Positions 1 to 9,971 of a DNA stretch of 64,000 nucleotides are shown piece after piece. Positions within the stretch are counted from its first letter, which is position 1, and each line of letters begins with the position of its first letter. Source of the stretch: an uncultured SAR86 cluster bacterium (GTDB lineage: Bacteria; Pseudomonadota; Gammaproteobacteria; Magnimaribacterales; AG-339-G14); contig CACFKX010000003.1 in the NCBI GenBank assembly GCA_902566955.1, positions 485 to 64,484 on the forward strand, in the 5' to 3' direction. Made by a program: the position numbers and the translations under genes. The notes beneath the pieces were generated by a model. The model ran no database searches. It worked only from the letters and a program-made list of their open reading frames with translations, and was not told where the DNA came from.

Positions 1-37
1 TGCTGTACTACTTAAAAAAGTATGCTCAAAAGCAAAT

Positions 38-1297
38 TTATTTTGATTTCGGTACAAGCAATAAAACAATCAGTCCAGGTATAAATAGAGCAAGAAGACT
101 GAAAATTCCATTTCTTGGGTCTCCGGTCAAGTAAGCAACCCATCCAACCAAGGCAGGTCCGAAAACAACAGCACTTTTTCCTACGAAATTGTAAAAACCA
201 AAAAACTCTGCAACTTTATCAGGTGGAACCATTTTGCTGAATATTGCCCTACTAACAGACTGAACTCCGCCCTGAACTAAACCAATTGCGACTGCTAAAG
301 TATAAAAATCTCTAGCTGTTTCCATAAAGTAAGAATTGATAGTGATCAATATGTAGGCAACAATGCCAACAGCCAGAAATAAAAATTGTCCGTAACGTTC
401 TGCAAGATATCCATAAATTATTGCAGAAGGGAAAGCAATAAATTGAACTACTATTAGGGCAGTAATCATTGTTGAAGCTTCTAAACCAATATCTGATCCG
501 TAAGCAACAGACATTCGAGTAATCGTATCTACTCCGTCAATATACAACCAGTAAGCGATTAGAAAAATTGTAATATTTTTATACTTTGAAATATTGGAAA
601 TTGTATTGACGAGTTCCTTAAAAGAAGAGGTTATTAAATGATCCGGTTTGATAGATGGTTTTTGTTCTTGAACATTAGTAAAAAGAGGTATTGTAAAAAT
701 AAACCACCATATAGATACGGTAAGGAAACTTACCAATATTGCTTGAACTTCATTTTCAAATCCAAACCAAGAAGGATACAAATAAAATAAAACATTAAAT
801 ACAAAGAGTATTCCTCCGCCTAAGTAACCTAAGCCATAACCAAAACCTGAAACAATGTTTCTATTATTCTCGTCGCTTACGTCAACAATCAGTGAATCAT
901 AAAAAATATTAGATCCTGATGCTCCTAGCAGTGAAATTCCAAATAAAATTGAAGCAACAATCCAATAACCACTTGGTATGAAGAAGAAAGAACCTGTTGC
1001 AATTATTCCCAAGAGAGCAAAGAAAACTAGAAAGTTTTTTTTTGCCCCTGCCTTATCTGCAATTGTTCCTAGAATTGGAGCCATCAAAACGATACAAAAT
1101 CCTGCAATTGAATTCGTACTTCCTAGGACTGCTGAGCTTGAAGGTCCATCAAGTTCTGATGCCCAATATGATTTAAAAAAAATCGGAAAGAAACCTGCTA
1201 CAACTGTTGTCCAGAAAGCGCTATTAGCCCAATCATATAATGCCCATGAAAATCTTTCTTTATTTAATAAGTATCTCAACATAAAATGGGCTTTCAA
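38..1297 (-). CDS. MFS transporter, UMF1/Atg22-like family
   Basis: 419-aa ORF, about 12 hydrophobic spans. N-terminal SWALYDWANSAF motif typical of UMF1-type MFS (recollection). Confidence 0.7.
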   Translation of the reverse strand: MKAHFMLRYLLNKERFSWALYDWANSAFWTTVVAGFFPIFFKSYWASELDGPSSSAVLGSTNSIAGFCIVLMAPILGTIADKAGAKKNFLVFFALLGIIATGSFFFIPSGYWIVASILFGISLLGASGSNIFYDSLIVDVSDENNRNIVSGFGYGLGYLGGGILFVFNVLFYLYPSWFGFENEVQAILVSFLTVSIWWFIFTIPLFTNVQEQKPSIKPDHLITSSFKELVNTISNISKYKNITIFLIAYWLYIDGVDTITRMSVAYGSDIGLEASTMITALIVVQFIAFPSAIIYGYLAERYGQFLFLAVGIVAYILITINSYFMETARDFYTLAVAIGLVQGGVQSVSRAIFSKMVPPDKVAEFFGFYNFVGKSAVVFGPALVGWVAYLTGDPRNGIFSLLALFIPGLIVLLLVPKSK

Positions 1298-1317
1298 AAA
1301 ATCTGTCGAGAATTAGT

Positions 1318-1485
1318 ATGTCACAAAATATGAAAGACTCTGAAATAGTAAGAAATTTAGTTGTTTTCTTTGGTTTAATTGCCATCTTGGGAATCCTTTC
1401 AGGGATACTTGGTCTCTATATTCAAAATTCTGAATTCAGGGAAAATGTTGAAGCAGAATATCGAGAGAATTTAGATAAAAAATAA
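1318..1485 (+). CDS. small hypothetical membrane protein (55 aa)
   Basis: Not in ORF track (<60 aa). ATG 1318, TAA 1483-1485. MSQNMKDSEIVRNLVVFFGLIAILGILSGILGLYIQNSEF... has one clear TM span and fills an otherwise empty 190-nt gap. Confidence 0.3.
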   Translation: MSQNMKDSEIVRNLVVFFGLIAILGILSGILGLYIQNSEFRENVEAEYRENLDKK

Positions 1486-2826
1486 TTATTTGTTAAAAAC
1501 TAACCTCTCGCTAGATCTTCTTTCTGGATGAAGCTCTCCATCTTCAAGCAAAACATTACCATTCACTATAGTTGAGTGAACTTTTGAACTTAATTCCCAA
1601 CCTTCAAAAGGAGTCCATCCACATTTAGATTTTTGTTCTTCATTTGTAACTGTATGTTTTATTCCAGTTTCAAAAACGACCAAATCTGCAAAATATCCTT
1701 CCCTTACATACCCTCTATCGATAATTTTAAATCTATCGGCTGTGTTATGAGATGCAAATTTAATTACCTCTTCAATTGTAAAAATACCTTTATTAGCTAA
1801 TTCCAGCATTAGTTGAAAACTATGTTGAATTAAGGGAATTCCAGCAGGAGCTTCTGAATAAGGTAAAGATTTTTCATCTCTGGTGTGTGGTGCATGATCT
1901 GTTGCAATAATATCAATTTGATTATTCTTTAATGCCTGTCTCAATGCTTCTCTGTTGTTAGGAGCCTTAATTGAAGGATTACATTTGATGAAATTTCCCC
2001 ATTCTTCATAATCATCAGAAGTAAAAATAAGATGATGAATACAAGCTTCTGTCGTAATCTTTTTATCTTTGGTTGGTTTAGCTTCAAAGAGTTCAATCTC
2101 TCTCTCAGTAGTCAGATGAAGGACGTGTAAATCCGCTGAGTATTTTTTAGCCAAACTTGTTGCTTTTTCAGAGGATATATAACAAGCCAACTCATCTCTG
2201 ATAAGAGCATGATCTGGAGGAGATAATTTACCCTTACGCTGAGCTGATATTTTTTCTAGATTATTTTCTATCGTTTTATTATCCTCACAATGAGTGACAA
2301 TCAATATAGGTGACTCTTTGAAAATTAAATCTAGCGCATCATCATCGTTAACTAATAAATCACCTGTTGATGACCCCATAAAAATTTTTAGTCCACAAAT
2401 ATCTTTTGGGTTAGCTTTTTTTATTTCATCAATGTTATCCGGTGTAGCTCCTAGATAAAAAGAGTAATTTGTCCAACTTTTTTCTTTAGCTAATTGAAAC
2501 CTTTCCTCTAATAAATCTAAAGTAGTGCTTGCTGGAGATACATTTGGCATATCCATGGTCGAAGTGATACCACCGTAAAGCGCTGCTAATGATTCAGTTT
2601 TAATTTCACCTTTTTGAGTTAATCCTGGCTCTCTAAAATGTACTTGGTCGTCAATTACTCCGGGCGCAACATTTTTCCCATTAATATCAATTTCTTTTTT
2701 AGCTTTTTCGGTAATCGAGGAAGAAATTTTTTCTATTCTTTTATCTTTAATAGCAATATCAACTTGTGATATTGAATTCTCATTAATTAAGTTACAGTTT
2801 CTAAGGACTAGGTCAAAGTTAGGCAT
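1486..2826 (-). CDS. pyrC: dihydroorotase-like cyclic amidohydrolase (type I DHOase)
   Basis: 446 aa. Motifs DDQVHFREPG, GLKIFMG, VTHCED, LHVLHLTT and ATDHAPH match the amidohydrolase metal-site pattern of type I dihydroorotases. The first His of the HxH is Gln. Confidence 0.75.
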   Translation of the reverse strand: MPNFDLVLRNCNLINENSISQVDIAIKDKRIEKISSSITEKAKKEIDINGKNVAPGVIDDQVHFREPGLTQKGEIKTESLAALYGGITSTMDMPNVSPASTTLDLLEERFQLAKEKSWTNYSFYLGATPDNIDEIKKANPKDICGLKIFMGSSTGDLLVNDDDALDLIFKESPILIVTHCEDNKTIENNLEKISAQRKGKLSPPDHALIRDELACYISSEKATSLAKKYSADLHVLHLTTEREIELFEAKPTKDKKITTEACIHHLIFTSDDYEEWGNFIKCNPSIKAPNNREALRQALKNNQIDIIATDHAPHTRDEKSLPYSEAPAGIPLIQHSFQLMLELANKGIFTIEEVIKFASHNTADRFKIIDRGYVREGYFADLVVFETGIKHTVTNEEQKSKCGWTPFEGWELSSKVHSTIVNGNVLLEDGELHPERRSSERLVFNK

Positions 2827-2828
2827 GG

Positions 2829-3053
2829 TTAGATTTTACGAACAATAATACAACCATAGTTTATCCCAGAACCTACCTCAAAAGTACAATCTATATCTTC
2901 AAGAACATCTTTTACTATGGATATCATCTTTTGGCTGTTACCACAGATTATTAGGATGGGCATATTCTCTTGGTTAAGATATAAAAAATTTTCAACCTTT
3001 AAAGGAACTTCATGGTGACGAAACCCATGCAGATCTAATTTTAGATTAGTCAT
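2829..3053 (-). CDS. small Smr-domain-like protein
   Basis: 74 aa. LDLHG near the N-terminus and overall size resemble a minimal Smr domain. Start overlaps the upstream gene by 8 nt, 2 nt from pyrC. Confidence 0.45.
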   Translation of the reverse strand: MTNLKLDLHGFRHHEVPLKVENFLYLNQENMPILIICGNSQKMISIVKDVLEDIDCTFEVGSGINYGCIIVRKI

Positions 3054-3765
3054 CTTTTTTAAATATTGAAATCTCTATTCCGTCTGGCTGAGTCTTTGAA
3101 TATTCTCTCTTTGTAGGTACAAATTTACTCTTAAAAACTGATGAATCTCTTACATAAGATAAATAATCTTCCATATTGAATAAAACAACATTGTCGGCAA
3201 ATATTACAGCCTCATCATTAAGCAATTCCAAGCATTGTAACGCTCTTAAGTCGGATAAATATTCATCCTTCCAATGATCTAAAAATACAAAATCGTATTT
3301 TTCTTTTAAGAGAGGAATAACATTTTTTGCCTTGCCCTTTAATGGTTTCCATTGATCGCTGAGGCCAGAATGAGAAACAATTTCTTGAGATATTTCATAG
3401 TATTTATTACTAGCCTCTATCGAAGTTAGCATCGAGTTTTCTTTAAGATTTCTTAAAATCCTGATAGACGAATATCCTAAGTAGACTCCCAGTTCCAAAC
3501 AATTGTTAGGTTTTTTTTCTTTAATTGCATTTTCAAGTAGAAGACCCTTTTCATCACCAATATTCATCAAAAAAGCTCTATTCCATCCAAAATGATCTAT
3601 CGTATCTAAAATAGCTTGCGGATTATTTTTATTATCTTTAACTAAAACAAGGTCTTTAACGGTATCAACCTTGAATTTTTTTACACCAAAATATGAAACT
3701 AGATAATCAAAGATTTCATTCAATACAATTTTAGCTAGATCAAGTAATCGATTTAGATTTTTCAT
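3046..3765 (-). CDS. catechol O-methyltransferase-like class I SAM-dependent methyltransferase
   Basis: 239 aa. LELGVYLGYSS (SAM motif I) and DFVFLDHWKDEY closely resemble animal COMT (LELGAYCGYS, DMVFLDHWKDRY; recollection). Confidence 0.8.
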   Translation of the reverse strand: MKNLNRLLDLAKIVLNEIFDYLVSYFGVKKFKVDTVKDLVLVKDNKNNPQAILDTIDHFGWNRAFLMNIGDEKGLLLENAIKEKKPNNCLELGVYLGYSSIRILRNLKENSMLTSIEASNKYYEISQEIVSHSGLSDQWKPLKGKAKNVIPLLKEKYDFVFLDHWKDEYLSDLRALQCLELLNDEAVIFADNVVLFNMEDYLSYVRDSSVFKSKFVPTKREYSKTQPDGIEISIFKKDD

Positions 3766-3828
3766 GGAATAAAGATTTAATTAAAAATTATAGTTAGTGA
3801 GTCTATAATAGCCAGCCTGTTGGTGTTT

Positions 3829-6321
3829 ATGAAGATTAAAATTTTACTAGTTTTTTTGAGTCTACTTTTGTCCTTTGAGATCATTGCAGATGAATCAGAA
3901 GATGGTTCAAATGAAGAGGAAGCTAAAGAAGAGTCAAAAAAAGACGACAGAGAACTCATCTCAGAATTTGTTGAAGAGTTTATTTTTTATGAAGGCTTGC
4001 TAAAAAGCTATCAAGACCCAGAAAATGGAAATACTTACTTAGAATTGAGTGATGAAGATATCTCAAAAGAATTTATTTATTTTGCTCATATTATCAATGG
4101 GACTGTCGAAGCAGGACTGTTCAAAGGGAGTCATATAGATCAAGCAGTTATTAAATTTGAAAAGCAATTTAATAGCTTAAATCTTATAAGAGTGAATACG
4201 GGATTTTATTTTGATCCTAATTCAGAACTTAGTAGGCAATCTCAATCTAATATAAGCGATTCAGTTATTGAAAATTTTGAGATTACTCACAAAAATGATG
4301 ATGAAACTACTTATCTTATTGATATCACTAAATTATTGAAAAGTGATAATTTAACCAAGTTAAAATCTGAACCCAGAGATTATGATTCAGATAGCTTTCA
4401 GGTTGGATCCTTGTCAAGATCTAAGACCGCTATTTCCAAAATTTACAATTATCCAAAAAATACCGATTTTGAAGTTGATTATGTTTTTTCAAATCCTGCA
4501 AGCTATGAATCATTAAGAAATACATCGGTGAAATTAAGATATACATTTCTTGAAATGCCACAAGATAATGGGTTTGAAATTCGTTTCGAGGATCCGAGAA
4601 TAGGTTATTTTACAGACAGAGTAACAGATTTAAGTTCCACAGAAATTACTCCTTATAGAGACTTGGTTCAGAAATGGAACCTTCAAAAACAAAATCCTGA
4701 TTCTGCTAAATCAAAACCAATCAAACCTATAAAATTTTGGTTGGAAAATACCACTCCTAATGAATTAAGACCTCTGATAAAAAAAGCTGTACTCGCGTGG
4801 AACATAGCTTTTGAAAAAGCTGGTTTTATTGATGCAATCGAAGTTGATATTCAACCAGATGATGCTGATTGGGATGCAGGTGATATCAGATATAACGTAT
4901 TAAGGTGGACTTCATCTCCCAACCCACCGTTTGGGGGTTACGGTCCTAGTTTTTCTAATCCTAGAACTGGAGAAATTTTATCTGCGGATATTATGTTGGA
5001 ATGGATTTTTCTAACCAATAGAATGAGATACGAAGATATATTTCTATCTTCTGAAATTTCATCTGAGCGATGTAATTTCTCATCCATGAGAAACGAACAA
5101 AGAATTTTTGGTAATTTGGTTGCTAATTCAATGAACTTCTCACTTGAAGATACCGATAAGTTATTTGAAGAAGAATTAACTATGTTAATACTTCATGAGG
5201 TTGGCCATACTCTCGGACTTAACCATAATATGGGAGCAACGACTCTGCACAACAATGAAGATGTTCATAATCCAAAAATAACTTATGAAGAAGGACTATC
5301 TGCCTCAGTTATGGATTATCATGCAATCAACATTGCACCTCCAGGCATCGAACAAGGACAGTTTTCTGATGTAAAACCTGGTCTTTACGACCAATGGGCA
5401 ATCGAGTTTGCTTATACCCCAAATTTATCCGAAGAAGAAATACAGAACATATTAAATAGGTCGCAAGAGAAAGGTCATTTTTTTGGCAATGATGCTGACG
5501 ATATGAGATCACCTGGCAGAGGAATTGATCCAAGAGTAAATATAGGTGATATGAGTGATGATCCAGTTGAATATGCTATCGGTAGGTACAAGCTTGTTCA
5601 GGAAATAATGCCAGGAATAGTAGAAAAAATTAAATCCAAATCAGATACTTGGGAATCTGTATATCAATCTTATTTTATATTGATGAGACAAATTATTACC
5701 AGTATGGATGTCGTATCTAGGCAGATCGGGGGTGTCTATGTCACTCGTTATCCTTCGAATACAAAATCGGCAAAAAAACCTTATGAAGCCGTTCCTTACA
5801 AAATACAAAAAAAAGCTATGGATACATTGAATAAATATGCTTTTAACAGTGAAGGATTAAAGCCTCTTGAGTCAGTCGCAGCTTACATGCAACGAGAAAG
5901 AAGAGGATTTGATTTTTATGATGAGAACGAAGATCCTAAATTTCATGATTACATTCTTTCCGGTCACAAAAGAATTCTAAATCATTTAACCAATAAAGAT
6001 GTATTGAGAAGAATTACGGATTCTTCTTTTTATGGAAATGACTATAACGTTTCTGAGATGATGAGCGACTTAACAAAAGGAATCTTTCCAAGAGAAAAGA
6101 TGAAAGAAATAGATACTATTACTCAGAATCTTCAAGCAACTTATGTTAGTAAACTCATATCCATCACTAACCTTAAAAAATACGATGAAGTTGCTCAATC
6201 TGCAGCATTTGGTGAGCTATTAAAAATTCAAAAGCTGCTCAGAAGGCAATCGTCTAACGATGAGACTCGAAATCACAAAAATAGACTTAGCCTCCAAATA
6301 GATAAAAAACTAACAGCTTAA
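3829..6321 (+). CDS. secreted zinc metalloprotease (HEXXH met-zincin, DUF4953/DUF5117-like)
   Basis: Long ORF with an N-terminal signal peptide (MKIKILLVFLSLLLSF) and LILHEVGHTLGLNHNM zinc site. ATG at 3829 preferred over the TTG at 3820. Confidence 0.8.
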   Translation: MKIKILLVFLSLLLSFEIIADESEDGSNEEEAKEESKKDDRELISEFVEEFIFYEGLLKSYQDPENGNTYLELSDEDISKEFIYFAHIINGTVEAGLFKGSHIDQAVIKFEKQFNSLNLIRVNTGFYFDPNSELSRQSQSNISDSVIENFEITHKNDDETTYLIDITKLLKSDNLTKLKSEPRDYDSDSFQVGSLSRSKTAISKIYNYPKNTDFEVDYVFSNPASYESLRNTSVKLRYTFLEMPQDNGFEIRFEDPRIGYFTDRVTDLSSTEITPYRDLVQKWNLQKQNPDSAKSKPIKPIKFWLENTTPNELRPLIKKAVLAWNIAFEKAGFIDAIEVDIQPDDADWDAGDIRYNVLRWTSSPNPPFGGYGPSFSNPRTGEILSADIMLEWIFLTNRMRYEDIFLSSEISSERCNFSSMRNEQRIFGNLVANSMNFSLEDTDKLFEEELTMLILHEVGHTLGLNHNMGATTLHNNEDVHNPKITYEEGLSASVMDYHAINIAPPGIEQGQFSDVKPGLYDQWAIEFAYTPNLSEEEIQNILNRSQEKGHFFGNDADDMRSPGRGIDPRVNIGDMSDDPVEYAIGRYKLVQEIMPGIVEKIKSKSDTWESVYQSYFILMRQIITSMDVVSRQIGGVYVTRYPSNTKSAKKPYEAVPYKIQKKAMDTLNKYAFNSEGLKPLESVAAYMQRERRGFDFYDENEDPKFHDYILSGHKRILNHLTNKDVLRRITDSSFYGNDYNVSEMMSDLTKGIFPREKMKEIDTITQNLQATYVSKLISITNLKKYDEVAQSAAFGELLKIQKLLRRQSSNDETRNHKNRLSLQIDKKLTA

Positions 6322-6323
6322 AC

Positions 6324-7355
6324 TTATAAACTCTTCAAGAACTTTTCGAAGTTTTCATTGACTGTGTCAGGTGCTTCTTGTTGTGTCCAATGCCCCACAC
6401 CATCGATAAATTTAACGATTCGTAGATCTTCATATAAATCACTTCTCTTCTCTAGCATTTCTTTGGTCATTGATTCAGCTGTTGGACCATGAAATGCCCC
6501 TTTCCCTGCCCCATCTTGAATTGAATTTTTTAAGAAAAATGCAACGGGATCTAAAGTTCCAGAAATAAAACAAGAAGGTTGAGATATTTTTGCAGTTTCT
6601 AACTCAACTAATTCTTCATAATCAATAGTTTGAGCACGATATCTATTGAGAGGACCTCTCATTCCAGAGTTTTCAAATTCTTTTACAAAGAACATTAATT
6701 CTTCTTTGTTTATCCAATCTGGATAATCGTCAAATACAGGCAGACAATCCAAAAATTTTGAATTAACATTTTTTTGATATTTAGGATTATCAGCATTTTC
6801 AGCTAAAAAAGACATTCCTCTTCCGTCGCTTGAAAAATATGTAAGCTCTAAAGCATTTTTTAAATCCTTTTCAAATTCTTCCTCGGCAACGCCTTCTTCT
6901 TGAAAATATAGTTGATAGAAGAATTTTCCTTTATACAGCATTTTCCATAAATCTATGGAAGACATTGGTCCTCTACCTGTGTAAGGAACTGATAATGCGC
7001 CAACACCAGAAATTTTTTCAGGGAAAAGAGCCGCAGTATTCCAGACTATAGGCGCACCCCAATCATGTCCGAATAGTATTGCATCAGAGTATCCAAGATC
7101 TTCAATTACTGAAATAACATCCGAAGTTAAATTTTTCATCGAATATTCAGCAATTTCATAAGGCTTATCAGATTGGCCATATCCTCTGACATCGATTGCG
7201 GCAACTTTATAACCTAGCGATGCTAGAAAAGGTATTTGATGTCTCCAGCTATACCAACTTTCAGGCCATCCGTGAACCAAAACAATTAAAGGACCCTCAC
7301 CTTCAATTGCTGCACCAATTTTTAAACCATTTCCATTAAGATGTTTATATTCCAT
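6324..7355 (-). CDS. epoxide hydrolase-like alpha/beta hydrolase
   Basis: 343 aa. HGWPESWYSWRHQ and the GHDWG nucleophile elbow are typical of soluble-epoxide-hydrolase-type alpha/beta hydrolases. Confidence 0.8.
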   Translation of the reverse strand: MEYKHLNGNGLKIGAAIEGEGPLIVLVHGWPESWYSWRHQIPFLASLGYKVAAIDVRGYGQSDKPYEIAEYSMKNLTSDVISVIEDLGYSDAILFGHDWGAPIVWNTAALFPEKISGVGALSVPYTGRGPMSSIDLWKMLYKGKFFYQLYFQEEGVAEEEFEKDLKNALELTYFSSDGRGMSFLAENADNPKYQKNVNSKFLDCLPVFDDYPDWINKEELMFFVKEFENSGMRGPLNRYRAQTIDYEELVELETAKISQPSCFISGTLDPVAFFLKNSIQDGAGKGAFHGPTAESMTKEMLEKRSDLYEDLRIVKFIDGVGHWTQQEAPDTVNENFEKFLKSL

Positions 7356-7370
7356 ATGTATAATTAGATC

Positions 7371-8027
7371 ATGGAAAACCTAAAAGTAGCAATTATCCCT
7401 GTCACTCCACTGATGCAAAACAGTTGTGTTATTTGGAATGAAAATACTAAAAATGCAGCAGTCACAGATCCCGGTGGTGATCTGGATAAAATCAATGATT
7501 TTTTATCAAAGAATAATTTGAAACTAGTAAAGATCTTTCTTACTCATGGGCATTTAGATCATGCTGGGGGTGCTTTTAATTTATCTCAAGAACACGATGT
7601 AAAAATTGAAGGCCCTCATCCTGATGATGAATTCTTAATTATGGGTTTAGAAGATCAAGGCAGAATGTATGGTGTACCTGGAACAAAAAATTTCCTTCCC
7701 GATAGGTGGTTAGATGATGGAGACAAAATTGAATTAGATGGAATTTCTTTTGATGTATATCACTGTCCAGGTCATACTCCTGGCCACGTTGTATTTCACC
7801 AAGCTGATGCAAAAATTGCTATCGTCGGTGATGTATTGTTTCAAGGTTCAATAGGACGAACTGATCTACCAAGAGGCAATACTCAGAGTCTTATAGACTC
7901 TATTAGAAATAAACTTTGGAAATTAGATGACGATACTACCTTTGTACCAGGGCATGGTCCTTTATCTACATTTGGTCAAGAAAAGAAAACTAACCCCTAT
8001 GTTGCTGATCAGTTATTCAAAGAATAA
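7371..8027 (+). CDS. MBL-fold metallo-hydrolase (YcbL/glyoxalase II-like)
   Basis: 218 aa. THGHLDHAGG (HxHxDH), CPGHTPGH, and a C-terminal GH. Confidence 0.8.
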   Translation: MENLKVAIIPVTPLMQNSCVIWNENTKNAAVTDPGGDLDKINDFLSKNNLKLVKIFLTHGHLDHAGGAFNLSQEHDVKIEGPHPDDEFLIMGLEDQGRMYGVPGTKNFLPDRWLDDGDKIELDGISFDVYHCPGHTPGHVVFHQADAKIAIVGDVLFQGSIGRTDLPRGNTQSLIDSIRNKLWKLDDDTTFVPGHGPLSTFGQEKKTNPYVADQLFKE

Positions 8028-9164
8028 TTACATCTCTTCATAAACAGCCTTTTCCATTACTGCCAGCAAACCTTTGCACTTTTCGTCGTAATGCGGTGAT
8101 AATTGCATCATTACAGTGCCTGCAATTTTTGATTGTGGATCAATCCAGAAATAAGTATTGAAAATACCTGACCATGATAAAGATCCTTTTTTTCTTCTCT
8201 CAGGTATATCCTCTTCGTTGATCAAAAAGCCGTATCCCCATTTTTTCTTTATTTCCGGAAACCATTCGTTTCCATGAATCAAAACAGGATTAAAAGTAGG
8301 TTGATAAGAATAATTTAAATCGCCGATTTGATTTGTGGTCATGAGAGAGGTAAGTGAATCAGATAAAAGTGGATTTGTATCTGAAAGGAAAATTCTCATA
8401 AATTTACAATAATCTGATGGATTAGAAAGGACCCCACCGCCACCGCTAAAAAATGACTGAACAGAGTCATCAAAAAGACCAGTTGAATGAATAAAATTTC
8501 CATTATCCATAAGGTGCATTTCTGCCAATCTATCCTTTCCTAAAAAGTCAGGATCGAAGGAGGTATCGTTCATCCCGAGAGGATCAAAAACAAATTCCCT
8601 GCAAATCTCTTCTAAATTTTTATTCAATAATTTTTCTAAAATGACTCCAACCCAATCAAGACCGACACCATATTCCCATCTAGAATCAGGATGGTATGAA
8701 AGCGGAACATTTATAAATTTTCCTTCTTTATCTGTGAGAGGAGCAATCTTTTCTTCTAAGATGAGGTGGGCAAGCAAAGGATCATGAAAATCATATGCAA
8801 ATCCTGAAGTATGCGCTAGCAAATGATGAAGTGTGATGTCCTTATTGGCTCTTTCATAAATTACTTTTCCATCTTGAAGTTTTCCTACCTCTAAATCTTT
8901 TAGATCTGAATGAAAATTATGAACAGGTTTATCTAAATCAATAAGTCCTTGTTCAACACACTTAAGTGCTGCAAAAGTAACAATAGGCTTTGTCATCGAA
9001 GCAATTCTATAAAGAGTACTGTTCGAGGGTGGTTTATCTTCTCCTTCTAGTTGGTTGCCATAGTGCTCTAGAAACACTGTTTCGTGTTCATTAGTAACCG
9101 CAAAGGATGCAAAAGGAATGTTCTCTTGATCTATTTTTTCTTTTATTTTATTTTGAATATTCAT
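8028..9164 (-). CDS. serine hydrolase, beta-lactamase/esterase (class C-like) family
   Basis: SMTKP (SxxK) motif, about 378 aa. ORF-track start at 9203 runs into tRNA-Gly, so ATG at 9164 (MNIQNKIKEK) is preferred. Confidence 0.8.
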   Translation of the reverse strand: MNIQNKIKEKIDQENIPFASFAVTNEHETVFLEHYGNQLEGEDKPPSNSTLYRIASMTKPIVTFAALKCVEQGLIDLDKPVHNFHSDLKDLEVGKLQDGKVIYERANKDITLHHLLAHTSGFAYDFHDPLLAHLILEEKIAPLTDKEGKFINVPLSYHPDSRWEYGVGLDWVGVILEKLLNKNLEEICREFVFDPLGMNDTSFDPDFLGKDRLAEMHLMDNGNFIHSTGLFDDSVQSFFSGGGGVLSNPSDYCKFMRIFLSDTNPLLSDSLTSLMTTNQIGDLNYSYQPTFNPVLIHGNEWFPEIKKKWGYGFLINEEDIPERRKKGSLSWSGIFNTYFWIDPQSKIAGTVMMQLSPHYDEKCKGLLAVMEKAVYEEM

Positions 9165-9173
9165 ATTAATTCG

Positions 9174-9248
<75 letters not shown>

Positions 9249-9344
9249 TTTGTGTGAAATTTGATTATACACTTTCTATAAAAACTATAATTGAACTTCT
9301 CAATACTAAAAAAAAAGGTTTAAATATGAAACAAAAGGAGAATT

Positions 9345-9956
9345 ATGAAATATTTAGCGTTAATGTTTTTCGTTTTTGTGCTCTCTTGTTCTAAGTCTGT
9401 AAGTGATGAGCCTAATGCTCCACATAATTCTGCAGAATGGCAAATTTGGGCTTATTCCACTGCTGCTCCAAGTTATATTGGAGACTATGCAACGATCATT
9501 GGTGGTGATGGCTCTATTTTAAGAGAAGGATCAAACGGTTGGACTTGTATGCCAGGAAATCCAAGGCCTTTTCCTTCAGTTGGTTGGGATAATCCGCATC
9601 AAGCGATGCCTACCTGTTCTGATACTGAGGCAATGAAATGGATGGCAGCCTTTATGAATAACGTTGACCCTATTATGGATAGAGATGGCTATATGTGGAT
9701 GCTTCACGGAGACGTTGGTGAAGACAATTTAGTTCCAGGAGTTCTTTCGAAAAGTGATTCTACGCCAGGACAATTTATTGAATCTGGTCCACACTTTATG
9801 GTTGTACCAAAGGATCCTGATACTTTAAAGAACTTCACTTCTGATTTTACCCGAGGCGAACCTTACGTTATGTTTCCTGATTCAAAATGGGCTCATTTAA
9901 TGGTACCTGTAGGAGATTACTATAAGTATCAGCCTGAATCGTCTCCTTCGAATTAA
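9345..9956 (+). CDS. hypothetical lipoprotein, paralog A (unknown family)
   Basis: 203 aa. Signal peptide with lipobox-like VLSCS, AAGGAG RBS upstream, clear paralog of the next gene. Confidence 0.75.
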   Translation: MKYLALMFFVFVLSCSKSVSDEPNAPHNSAEWQIWAYSTAAPSYIGDYATIIGGDGSILREGSNGWTCMPGNPRPFPSVGWDNPHQAMPTCSDTEAMKWMAAFMNNVDPIMDRDGYMWMLHGDVGEDNLVPGVLSKSDSTPGQFIESGPHFMVVPKDPDTLKNFTSDFTRGEPYVMFPDSKWAHLMVPVGDYYKYQPESSPSN

Positions 9957-9971
9957 ATTAACGGAGTAATT

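Noticed and set aside
978-1316. 112-aa plus-strand ORF. Similar antisense or alternate-frame ORFs lie inside larger genes, e.g. 5327-5533, 12554-12769, 13657-13989, 14691-14918, 17164-17355, 21158-21349, 21562-21994, 22504-22812, 23773-24033, 26164-26413, 27433-27639, 31070-31399, 32584-33475, 37140-37561, 38020-38223, 38653-38943, 41102-41788, 42483-42749, 43623-43832, 47631-47876, 51111-51524, 52434-52667, 52969-53169, 54279-54512, 56033-56230, 60387-61162 and 62896-63078.
   Set aside because: Each is fully embedded in a longer ORF that has clear family motifs. Their translations are low-complexity or AT-rich shadow sequences with no motifs or RBS context. They are typical spurious ORFs of an AT-rich genome.
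9249-9344. Sigma-70 promoter for the lipoprotein pair (TTGATT ... TATAAA / TATAAT)
   Set aside because: Spacings between the candidate -35 and -10 hexamers are about 10 or about 19 nt, which is outside the usual range. In AT-rich DNA such hexamers occur by chance.
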